From an uncultured Alphaproteobacteria bacterium (lineage in GTDB: Bacteria > Bacteroidota > Ignavibacteria > OLB7), in the NCBI GenBank assembly GCA_964455525.1, contig CAYVWR010000006.1, forward strand, positions 192,212 through 256,211: DNA of 64,000 bases, read 5' to 3'. Below, one piece after another: positions 11,706-21,500 of this stretch (position 1 is the stretch's first letter; the number at the start of each line of letters is the position of its first letter). A model generated the notes under the pieces. That model was not told where the DNA came from and ran no database searches. It saw nothing but the letters and a program-made list of their open reading frames with translations. Position numbers and translations under genes: made by a program.

Positions 11706-12707
11706 GTGAGCCTGCCGGAAGCGGCAACGATGAATCCAGAACTCTTTACGTGGTATCACGATATGGAAGAAACCAGTACTCTACGGCCGATGTCCTTCGG
11801 CGAACTCTATAGCAACACCTGGACACTGATGCGCCGCACGCTCCCGACAGCGGGAATTCTGGCACTGCTGATCCTGGTGGGTGTTGGGATGGTGCAGAGC
11901 TTCGGCACCATGGGCTACCTTGAAGCAATGGCGGAAGCCGCAGCCACAGGCGGATTGAAAGAGGGGGCCGACCCGGAGCTGGCAACCGAAGCGGGCACCA
12001 TCGTTGTAAAGGCGCTGCTCCCCTTCCTCCTTAGCAGCATCCTCAATATCGTCGGCATCATCTTCACCATGACCATGTTGACGGTCGCCGGATGGTACGC
12101 CATCCATAATGAGAACCTGAGCATCAAGGAATTGCTCGACGAGACCATGGGACGCCCGTTCTGGATGGCGCTTATCCAGACGATCATGCTCGCGTTTTTC
12201 ATGATGGTGGTTGTTATGATAGCCCTCATCTTCGTGTTTGGTCTGGGGGGAAGCAAGGCGATGATGTACCTGCCGTATATCGCCGGGCTTCTTGCGCTCT
12301 ATCCCCTCATCGCCACGTCGCTTCGCGTCCATAAGATCGTCGCCGAGGACCGAGGCCCATGGCATGGTATGATTTCGAGCATCGCGCTGGTGAATTCCAA
12401 CATCGGCCGGGTCTTTGCAGCGCTGATCGTGCCGACGGTGATCTACTATGGATTTGTTACCGTTGTGGGCCTGGCGACCGGAAACGATGCGGCAGGCTTT
12501 GGCATGATGAATCAGGACGGAGCCGATCCTGAGTCGATGGCACACCTGCGTGACAACTTCACCTGGACCACGGCAACGGTCAACATCCTCCTTACATCCG
12601 TCTTTACCATCTTTATCGCCTATCTGCTTACCCCGATCTATGTGGATCTGCGGGCACGGCGGGGAGACTTCGACCCGGAGATCGAAGAGCAGTACACCGC
12701 CTATTGA
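11706..12707 (+). CDS. hypothetical polytopic membrane protein
   Basis: 333 aa with about 6 hydrophobic helices (LALLILVGVGMV, LLPFLLSSILNIVGIIFTMTMLTVAGW, LIQTIMLAFFMMVVVMIALIFVFGL, ...). Alternative start at MNPELF (11730). Same strand and tight spacing with the 7881-11669 genes. Confidence 0.5.
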   Translation: MSLPEAATMNPELFTWYHDMEETSTLRPMSFGELYSNTWTLMRRTLPTAGILALLILVGVGMVQSFGTMGYLEAMAEAAATGGLKEGADPELATEAGTIVVKALLPFLLSSILNIVGIIFTMTMLTVAGWYAIHNENLSIKELLDETMGRPFWMALIQTIMLAFFMMVVVMIALIFVFGLGGSKAMMYLPYIAGLLALYPLIATSLRVHKIVAEDRGPWHGMISSIALVNSNIGRVFAALIVPTVIYYGFVTVVGLATGNDAAGFGMMNQDGADPESMAHLRDNFTWTTATVNILLTSVFTIFIAYLLTPIYVDLRARRGDFDPEIEEQYTAY

Positions 12708-12936
12708 GGGGTAGCGCCCCCCATGTGATACCTCCGGTGGCGATGCACGCTTCTGGCAGCAGCATGTCCGGCACATCCGGCCCCTGGCAGCCACGGTCCC
12801 CATATCCGTGCGCAACGATGTTGCAGCACAACGCCATATGCGTCGATCAGATATGGGCCGTGGCCTTCAGGGCAACGGCACAGATGAATTCAGGATGCGA
12901 CTGCCGGATACGATATACCAGGCCAAGGAGAATACA

Positions 12937-13923
12937 ATGCGATCCGCCTACCCTTTTCTGCCAGCGCAGGCGATGCTGCTAGCCATCGCTCTTGCCACAT
13001 CGGCCCAGGCCCAACCAGACGCCATACTACCCCCTGCACAGCAGCCGGCAGCGGTCATTGAATTCGAGCAGAAGCTTGCCCGGATCATGCTGGATTACTG
13101 GGAGCCGAAGCTGAATGGCTACAAGGAGCGTATCGATAAGGCGCTTCTCCCGAACGATCGTGCCGAGCTGAACCGCCTCCGCGTTCGAGCGGCTCTTCTC
13201 TCGGAGAAAAACCGATCGCGAGAGATCCTGCACAACAGCGTGGAGGATGGGAATGCCGAGTTCGCCCTTGCTGGCAACGACCTGAGCGACGCACTTGCCA
13301 TGTTCTCCGATACCAAGACTCTTGCAGCACAGTACAGGCATGAGCTGGACCTGATTGGAACCGATGTGGTTCATGACCTGGTTGGCTCCATCAAGCTGAA
13401 TTCGGTTGAGATCGTGCGGTTTCAGAAAGAACATCCGGGGCTTGCAAAGCATCTCGGCTTGCTCCAGGGTGAGATGCTCGATATCTGGGGAGATGAGCAC
13501 GCATCGGCCCTGGCCAGCGAGTTTATGGAAGTCTATCCTATCACCCTGGAGATCGCTGTGCTTCTGTACGACAATACAACCCTTGCCACGCTGGTAGAGG
13601 GGATCAACCAGGTGAGCGGCATATCCACCGGCCTCACGCTGCCGGAGAACTCCGCACTGCGGCAGAACTTCCCGAACCCCGCATCCTCGACCACGACGAT
13701 CACCTATCTGCTGGCCGAGCCGAGCAGCGCAACAACGCTCAGCATCTTCGATGCGCGTGGCGATCTGAGAGGAACATATGATCGCGGCCCCCTTGCCTCC
13801 GGCGAGCACACCATCGATATTGATGTCTCCGATCTGCCAAGCGGCTCCTATCTGTATCGTCTTAGCGTCCGTACCGAGCGCGGCGAGCGAACCTATGCCA
13901 AGGCCATGCAGGTGGTGCGGTAG
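12937..13923 (+). CDS. secreted protein with T9SS C-terminal sorting domain (paralog A)
   Basis: Signal peptide MRSAYPFLPAQAMLLAIALATSAQA. C-terminal ~90 aa (LPENSALRQNFPNPASSTTTITY...SGSYLYRLSVRTERGERTYAKAMQVVR) matches the Por/T9SS CTD pattern (type A). Paralogous to 14122..15507. Confidence 0.7.
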   Translation: MRSAYPFLPAQAMLLAIALATSAQAQPDAILPPAQQPAAVIEFEQKLARIMLDYWEPKLNGYKERIDKALLPNDRAELNRLRVRAALLSEKNRSREILHNSVEDGNAEFALAGNDLSDALAMFSDTKTLAAQYRHELDLIGTDVVHDLVGSIKLNSVEIVRFQKEHPGLAKHLGLLQGEMLDIWGDEHASALASEFMEVYPITLEIAVLLYDNTTLATLVEGINQVSGISTGLTLPENSALRQNFPNPASSTTTITYLLAEPSSATTLSIFDARGDLRGTYDRGPLASGEHTIDIDVSDLPSGSYLYRLSVRTERGERTYAKAMQVVR

Positions 13924-14121
13924 GCCACCCCCCGTAGAAGATAATGTGCTCCTGCGCCCCAGTCTTCACCCTGTGATACCGGGGCGTCTTTGTATCTTTT
14001 CCGCTCCTCCCCCCGTACGGCATCCTTGCAAACCAGCCCCCCCCCAACTACACTGGCAGGCTAAACTCTCCCGGAACCGCGCCTGAAGTGCCCAAGACTC
14101 CACGAAAACGATCAAGACCAC

Positions 14122-15507
14122 ATGAACATGTTTACCGCATCCGTACGTTGCGCCACCGCTCTGGCGCTGGTGCTTGCATCCGCAACGATCGCCAGCGCCC
14201 AGAACGAGGAGCGTATCGACCCCGAATGGGGATATAGGTATGATTCCACCGACGACACGTATACACCTCCACCGAAGTCCGCAGTGATGCAGGCGTTCGA
14301 GTCGCAATTCGCCTGGAAAGTGATCGATTACTGGAATACTCAGCTTAACGCGTACAAATCCCGTATCGACCGCACGGTTGCCCCATGCGATCTGGCGGAA
14401 CTGAACCGCCTCCGCGTCTACTGGAGCATCTTTATTGATGAAAAGAAGTGGGAAGGACTGGCCGAAGGGGTGGACGGCATCTTCGGCACCGGGTTCGGAG
14501 GCTCCAGCAATACGTATAACTATAGGGCAACCGATACCGTCATCTATGCCTATCCCGCCGATGACCCCGACTACGTGGAATATTATGAGGAAAATGGCTA
14601 TGATGGTGACGACGGCAATACTGCGCCGATGACCGTCGAAAGCCCCGCAACGGCAGAAATCGCAGCGGAGGTGGCAACGGCATATCCCGCCGATGGCCCC
14701 TGGGAGGCCCCATCCTACGCACTCGGCAGCGCCGACGCAAGCGACACCCCGGCAGCCTACTCCGACGAGTATTCGGGACTCTCTCTGGCCACCCCTTCCG
14801 ACGGGGACGAGGAGGCGGAACTGAAGGAGGTGCTCGTTTTTGTCGACCGTATAAGCGAGATGGCCGAGACATTTTTCGTCGCCAAGTGGATAGCTCGCCG
14901 TTACCGCCCGGAGTTCGATAAGATCCGCGACGATATATCGGCCGATACCAGGCGATGTATCGATACCCTGCTGCTTTTCAAGGAGAACTTCCAGCGGCAG
15001 CATGCCGCAGCAATCGCCGCCGATCCAGAGGCGACCCGTGTGATGGAGGAGTTCACCCGCGATCAGGCCGATATCATGTTTGCTGAGCTAGGCTCTGAAA
15101 AAACGTTTATGATGATCTATAATGTCGTTATCGAACCGTTCCTTCTCCTGTACAACGGTCAGGACTTTCGGAAGCTTCTCAAGGAAGTGGACGCGCTGCC
15201 ACGGGAGATCTCCGGCATTGCGCTCCCGGAAATGTCGGCACTGCGGCAGAATGTGCCCAACCCGGCAGCGATCACGACAACCATTCCCTATGTTCTTGAT
15301 GAGCCAAGCAACGGGACAACGCTTCGCCTCTACAACTCCCGGGGCGATCTGATGCAACAGAAGGAGTTGGGATTCCGCTCCTCCGGCGAGCATACCGCCG
15401 ATCTCGATGTCTCGAAGCTTCCCCCAGGCTCCTATCTCTATCATCTCACCGTCCAGGGAACACGTGGAGAAAGGGTGTACTCGAAGACCATGCAGGTGGT
15501 GCGCTGA
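14122..15507 (+). CDS. secreted protein with T9SS C-terminal sorting domain (paralog B, acidic insert)
   Basis: Signal peptide. Conserved N-module with paralog A (YWNTQLNAYKSRIDRTVAPCDLAELNRLRV vs YWEPKLNGYKERIDKALLPNDRAELNRLRV). A D/E/Y-rich insert. CTD LPEMSALRQNVPNPAAITTTIPY...GSYLYHLTVQGTRGERVYSKTMQVVR. Confidence 0.7.
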   Translation: MNMFTASVRCATALALVLASATIASAQNEERIDPEWGYRYDSTDDTYTPPPKSAVMQAFESQFAWKVIDYWNTQLNAYKSRIDRTVAPCDLAELNRLRVYWSIFIDEKKWEGLAEGVDGIFGTGFGGSSNTYNYRATDTVIYAYPADDPDYVEYYEENGYDGDDGNTAPMTVESPATAEIAAEVATAYPADGPWEAPSYALGSADASDTPAAYSDEYSGLSLATPSDGDEEAELKEVLVFVDRISEMAETFFVAKWIARRYRPEFDKIRDDISADTRRCIDTLLLFKENFQRQHAAAIAADPEATRVMEEFTRDQADIMFAELGSEKTFMMIYNVVIEPFLLLYNGQDFRKLLKEVDALPREISGIALPEMSALRQNVPNPAAITTTIPYVLDEPSNGTTLRLYNSRGDLMQQKELGFRSSGEHTADLDVSKLPPGSYLYHLTVQGTRGERVYSKTMQVVR

Positions 15508-15600
15508 GTTCCCGATGGACGATCTCCACCGGTATCGCTAACGCCTATGAAAAGGCATCACGGCTCGATGGAAAAACTCCATACCACGTACACTTATTCG

Positions 15601-15670
15601 GCCCCGGCTTCGCCTATGAAGGAGATGCCGGGGCATCTTGTACCCCAGCCGTATGGCCCCGGATTTTTCG
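15601..15670 (+). terminator. candidate rho-independent terminator/attenuator hairpins downstream of 14122..15507
   Basis: Three mutually complementary GC blocks: GCCCCGGC (15601-08), GCCGGGGC (15627-34), GGCCCCGG (15655-62). The last stem is followed by T5 (15664-68). Confidence 0.4.
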
Positions 15671-15783
15671 TTGTACCCTCCGGTCATCGTTGAAGCCTCC
15701 TGCGCTGGTTCGTATTTTGTAACGAGTTCTATGTATGCCGCGTTATTGATGTAGATGAATCGCTTACTCTTGCCCTGACGACT

Positions 15784-17457
15784 ATGAAAACCCCGATACC
15801 GCTCTCACGCCGTCTCGCCCTGCTTCTGCTGCCGGCCGCCGTTGTTGCAGTTACCGCATTCACCTGGAAGGATGAGAACAACTACTACTATAAGGTGAAC
15901 AAGGGACTGGAAATCTTCGGTCAGGTCTACCGTGAAGTAGCCCAGAACTACGTCGATGAGGTGGACCCTGAGACGTTCATCAACGCTGGCATCGAGGGGA
16001 TGCTCAAGACACTCGATCCCTATACGGTCTATCTCAAGAAGAAAGATGCAACCGATATCGATCTGCTGACCAATGGGGCCTATGGCGGCATCGGCATCAC
16101 GGTTGGGATGCGCGATAGCACCGTTACGGTGATAGAGGTGGTCGATGGATATTCGGCACAGCGCGAAGGCATTCGCATTGGCGATAAGATCCTTGCGATC
16201 AATGGCACGGACGTGCTGCGTGGTCCGGTGGACGCGCTTCGCGAGTATACGCGGGGGGAACCGGGAACCACGTTTGCCATGACGGTCCTCCGCGATGGAA
16301 TCGACAAGCCCATGACCTTCACCCTGACTCGCGAGACGATCAAGGTGCGCAGCGTCACCTATAGCGGCGTCATTCATGACGGTATCGGCTATATCAAACT
16401 GGAACGATTCAGCACCAATGCAGGCGAGGAACTTCGCCAGGCCATTCTTGAGTTGCAGAAGCAGGGAACCTATGGCGGCCTGGTGCTTGATCTGCGGGAT
16501 AACCCCGGCGGACTCCTCGAATCCGCCGTCGAGGTCAGCTCCAAGTTCATACCGAGCGGTAGCGTAGTGGTCACAACCAGAGGACGCGACTCCGCCGAGG
16601 ACAGGGTTTACCGCTCTACCGAGGAACCCATTGCCGGCTCGATGCCGCTGGTGGTGCTTGTCAATGCAAACTCCGCCTCGGCCTCCGAGATCGTTGCCGG
16701 TGCAATCCAGGATCTTGATGCTGGCATCATCATGGGAGCGCAGAGCTTCGGCAAGGGGCTGGTACAGTCGGTACGCAGGCTTCCCTACGAGTCCACGCTG
16801 AAAATCACAACCGCACGGTATTATACCCCCTCCGGCCGTAGCATCCAGAAAATAGACTATGTGATGCAGCGTACCGGGCAGCCAGGCTTTAGCGTTGATA
16901 ACCTGGCCCGCACCTATCGTACCCAGCATGGCCGCACCGTCATCGAACATGGAGGCATCGTCCCCGATACCCTGGTCGGCGAGGTAACAACACCAGCGAT
17001 CGTACAGCAGTTGCGCGATGCATCGATATTTTTCAAGTTTGCAACCCGATACACTGCCAACATGAATGCTCTTCCGCCGAATTTCGCCGTAGACAACAAT
17101 ATTCTGCGGCAGTTCGAGGCATTTGTGGCAGATGGCGATCGAAACGCAGCCCTGGCAACCTCGGCGGTGGCAAAGGCACAGGAACTTCAGCGTGCAGCAC
17201 GAAACGATGGCCTCAACGCCGACCTTGTGCGCAAGATCGAGATTCTACAGGGGGAGATCCGCGATGAGCAGCAGGCATTTCTGACACGCTACCGGGATGA
17301 TATCCGGCGTGAGCTGTACCGTGAGATCGCCTCGCGCTTTCAGCGGCAGCACGAACGCAATAGTATGATGCTGCCGGATGACACTCAGATTCAGGCCGCG
17401 ATCGGCCTGCTGAAGTCGGGCCGCCATGACTACAGCAGGATGCTCAGCGTTCGCTAG
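15784..17457 (+). CDS. ctpA: carboxyl-terminal processing protease (peptidase S41)
   Basis: N-terminal TM/signal. PDZ segment (GIRIGDKILAINGTDV). S41 catalytic region (LVLDLRDNPGGLLESAVEVSSKF ... NANSASASEIVAGAIQD...GKGLVQS). Confidence 0.88.
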   Translation: MKTPIPLSRRLALLLLPAAVVAVTAFTWKDENNYYYKVNKGLEIFGQVYREVAQNYVDEVDPETFINAGIEGMLKTLDPYTVYLKKKDATDIDLLTNGAYGGIGITVGMRDSTVTVIEVVDGYSAQREGIRIGDKILAINGTDVLRGPVDALREYTRGEPGTTFAMTVLRDGIDKPMTFTLTRETIKVRSVTYSGVIHDGIGYIKLERFSTNAGEELRQAILELQKQGTYGGLVLDLRDNPGGLLESAVEVSSKFIPSGSVVVTTRGRDSAEDRVYRSTEEPIAGSMPLVVLVNANSASASEIVAGAIQDLDAGIIMGAQSFGKGLVQSVRRLPYESTLKITTARYYTPSGRSIQKIDYVMQRTGQPGFSVDNLARTYRTQHGRTVIEHGGIVPDTLVGEVTTPAIVQQLRDASIFFKFATRYTANMNALPPNFAVDNNILRQFEAFVADGDRNAALATSAVAKAQELQRAARNDGLNADLVRKIEILQGEIRDEQQAFLTRYRDDIRRELYREIASRFQRQHERNSMMLPDDTQIQAAIGLLKSGRHDYSRMLSVR

Positions 17458-17653
17458 AATGCATATCGGCGCCGACATCGTACCTTGAAACGTGTGGCGG
17501 GGGGCGGCGTTCCCCCGTTGTGTATGGCTAAACTCCGGCGGCACATCCATGTCTAGCCGGTTGGCATCTGTTGCGATACTCAGCCGGGAGCCTGGCGTTC
17601 CCCCTATTCGCGGCACCGTATCCTGCATTTCATCAGTACTCTAGAACCCCTAC

Positions 17654-18187
17654 ATGAAAAACATTCGTCTGCTCCTACCCGGATTGGTCCTCCTTCTGGC
17701 GCTGTTCGCCTGGTCGCCTGCACTTCATGCGCAGATATTCGACTCGAATGTCGTCCCCCCCACCGAGGAGAAGGATACCCTTGGCACAGCCCTGTTGCAG
17801 GAATTCGATAAAGACTTCGATGATGTTTTCAAGGCCACCCGTACCGCCCTCGAAACGTTGGGATACAAGGTCACCTATGCCAGCAAAAAACGGAAACTCG
17901 TCGAGACGGATTTCAAGCAGCTTGCCAATGAGGACAACTTTCATGATGTCATGAACACATTTGGCGATGTCCCCTATATGCGCTCGCCCGGCTGGACGAT
18001 CGGGCGAACCAAGGTCACCGTAGACTTCGAGCAGATCGACAGCACCCGTACTGCCGTCAAGGTACTGGCCCAGTTGAGCGGGTATGAAGATCGGTTCACC
18101 AACCTGTGGCATTACTGGCGCTCCAACGGCAAGATCGAGGAAGAGGCGATGAACGCGATCATCAAGGAGATCGAAAGCCCGCAATAA
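17654..18187 (+). CDS. hypothetical secreted protein
   Basis: Signal peptide MKNIRLLLPGLVLLLALFAWSPALHAQ. 177 aa. No recognisable motif. Confidence 0.5.
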   Translation: MKNIRLLLPGLVLLLALFAWSPALHAQIFDSNVVPPTEEKDTLGTALLQEFDKDFDDVFKATRTALETLGYKVTYASKKRKLVETDFKQLANEDNFHDVMNTFGDVPYMRSPGWTIGRTKVTVDFEQIDSTRTAVKVLAQLSGYEDRFTNLWHYWRSNGKIEEEAMNAIIKEIESPQ

Positions 18188-18536
18188 TGCCCCGGCCCTG
18201 CCAGGCTGCACCAGTCAGGCCATGTTTTCAAAGGAGCGGCCGGGCCATACGCTCGGCCGCTTACCGTTTCCCCCCTCCCGGATTCTTCCGCACATCACCG
18301 ATCAGCAGCAAGCGGCAACGGCCCATTCCTTGCAGTGGATTCTGCTGGTTTGTTCATACTTCCCCCCAGTGCCAATGGAGCTGGCGTATGGCACGCACGG
18401 CTCCTATCATTGCATGGCTTCTAGCACGTGCCGCCGTTCTCTACGTGTTTTCGATCCCCGGATAGTGTAAATTCCCCTCAATCTCCTTACCGGCTTCTGA
18501 TCCGGCGGCAGCCGCCAACTTGACAACGCAGCAGAT

Positions 18537-21500
18537 ATGAAAGCAGCATCTACCTCTGTTCTGATGTTTTTTCTCCTGGCCTTCACTGCGATGGCACAGC
18601 CGAGGGTATCGTATATGATACCCGATATCGGTGCCCCCGGCATGAATACCTATGTGGAGATCATTGCACCGTTTGATGCCATCAACACGTTCGGAAGCAA
18701 TGGGCCATCGCTCAACAAAGGGGATGGCACCGATAACGTGAGCGTCACCCCGGCGAACCTTTCCGATACCAACAGGATTGTGGTAGGCCCGCTTGTGGTA
18801 AGCTGGGACGCACGGCTTATCGCCACCCAGATATTCGTAAAGCCTGGCGCTACGGTAGGCATAGTCCCCCTGCGTATCACGGTTGGCGGCCTGAGCACCG
18901 TTATCAACGAATTCGAGATCGTAACCCCGCAGATCCTTGGCACAGGAGGCACGGTCACCGGCGGTGGCATTATCGGCCAGGGAGGCTTCGGGGTCCGCTC
19001 CAAGCGTGGCGCCATGATCGTGGACAGGCTGGTGCTGGATGGGGGAGAATATCGGATCAGCACCCAGGACCCTGATCTCAGCACCCCCGGCAACCAGGGC
19101 TATCTTCCCTTTATCCTGATCTCCAAAGGGCTTCTCGCCATTACCCCGGGAACCACGCTTCGCGCCGATGGATCAACGCTTGATGCAGGCCCTGGCGGCG
19201 GCGGCGGCGGCGGTTTCTTCTGCGATAAACCGTTTGTTGGCACCGGCAATCCCGGGAGCAATGGCGGTGCCGGCTACACAGGCGGAGGGTCCGGCGGCAG
19301 AAACAACAACAATGGCACCGGCAGCTACAACGCGGTTGGAAACGGCAGCGGACAGGATGGGAAAAGCCTGAATGGAATCGATCCAGGCGGATATAATGCA
19401 TGCAGTTCCTGGGAAGGAGCCGGCGGAGGAACCGGACACCCGTTTGGTTCCAGTGCCCCGGCAGCGTGCCTCCCCGCATCCGGCACCTTTGGTGGAGGAA
19501 CTACCGCCGGCAATACAGGAGGAGGAGGGGGAGCAGGATATGGGTCGAACGGACAACCCGGATCGGGTCTGAATGCGTCCAACAACTATGGCCGCCAGCA
19601 TGGCAACCGGCAGGGAGTTCCTGTTGCCGGAGGTTCCGGGGGGGGCAGCGGCAATCCACAGTCGGCTGGCATCCTCGAAGCCTGTGCAGGTGCAGGTGGC
19701 GGCGGCGGCGGCGCAATCGCCCTGTTCTCGATGGAGACCCTGAACAATAACCTTGTCAGCGCCAAAGGAGGCGATGGCGGCAGCCGCTCCGGCGCAACCA
19801 GTGGCGCAGGAGGCGGAGCCGGATCGGGTGGCTATATCACGCTTGGCGCAAAGGTGGGATTTTCCGGCGGAGGCTCCGGCGACGTTACCGGCGGCGCAGG
19901 GGGCAATTCCAACGGCGGCAACGGTGCACCGGGCCGGGCACGCTTCGATGGCTTTACCCTAGGCGTACAGCCGACGTTCGATGGGCAGAGCGATCCCTAT
20001 ATCGGCCCCACGATCGATACCCTTACCTACTGGCAGTCCCCCACCATTCCTCTGCACGGCACATTCAATGGCAACGATGCCATCCGGGTGTATATGAAGA
20101 AGGATGGGGGCGGCTCCTGGCGCCAGGTGGTTCCCGATCCCACGTACGTTGGCCGCGAGTGGAACCAGCCGGTAACCGTTACCGAAGGGGAGGGACTCTA
20201 CTATTTTGTGGCAGTCCAGGTTGTGCCAACCCCTTCCACCGATCCCAACCAGAGCGAGCCGAGCTGGGTCTTCTCCCAGGCAGCAGCCAATATGATCTAT
20301 GTGGACCTGATCCCGAAGATCGAGGTGGATCGCACATCGCTCAGTTTTCCTGATGTTGCCTGCGAACACGAGATGTTTGACACCGTCAAGATCTGGAACA
20401 GCGGCGATGATACGCTGATCGTCACCAACCCGACGGTGACGGGCGATTTCTCTATCCTTCCGCCGTATGGCACAACCTTCAGGATCGCCCCGACGCTGGC
20501 ACCACCATACGACACAGTTCGTATGGTAATCCGCTTTGCGCCAACAACGCCGGGAGCCAAGACAGGAACCCTGACCCTGCCAAATAACGATCCCCGGACA
20601 GGAAAAAATCCGGTCCTGGTCCAGCTCACCGGCACCAAGCTGAATATTCAGTCCGATCTGTCGCCACGGATCATCGACTTCGGCGAGATCTGCCAGGATG
20701 CGATAACAACGGCATCCGCCCGGTTCAGCGTTACCGGCGACCTGAACGGGGCCATCAAATCTATCACACGTCTTGGCAGCGGCCCCACACCTTTTGCACT
20801 GATCGCCCCATTGCCGGCAAGCCTGCCGCTTGCGGTTGCCAGCGGTTCAACAAGCGACATCACCGTGGAGTTCAGACCAACGGCGACCGGAACGTTTATC
20901 GACTCCTTCCAGGTTGTGGTTGATCCGTGCGATAGCTCCTACGTGGTTGTGGTAACAGGCCGGGCGATCGAGACCGCCGTGCGCGTAATGCCCAACCCGC
21001 TTCCGTTCGGCAGTGTCCTTATCGGTGATCCAAGCCCCTCGATCGCCGTTACTATAGAGAATACAGGGAGCGATCCTGCGGTCATCACCGATATGTTCAT
21101 CCGTCCAGCAGGGGCGCCGTACACCGCCCCGACAGGGCTGATCGGCACATCGGTGGCACCGGGAGCTACAAATGCCGTCAGCGGCGCCGTGACCTTTACG
21201 CCAACAACGCCCGGCCTGGCAAACGCCGAACTGGTCGTCATCCTTGGAACGCTCTGTCCCGATACGGCTATCGTCACGATCGTGGGCAACGGGATACGTT
21301 GCGCCCAGCCGATCCCGGCACCGCTGAGCCTTGATTTCGAGCAGGTGCTGCTCGGCACTTCCAGGCTCGATACGGTGACGCTGACAAACAACTCTGCCGA
21401 TCCCATGGAGATCACCGAGATATCGGTCCCAGCGCCGTGGTCGATCGTTGAGCCGACTCCGCCGCTTACGCTTCTGCCCTCGGGATCGGTGCAGGTAGTG

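Noticed and set aside
17245-17628. 127-aa minus-strand ORF overlapping the 3' end of ctpA and the downstream intergenic region
   Set aside because: Overlaps a well-supported gene. No motifs. Probably spurious.
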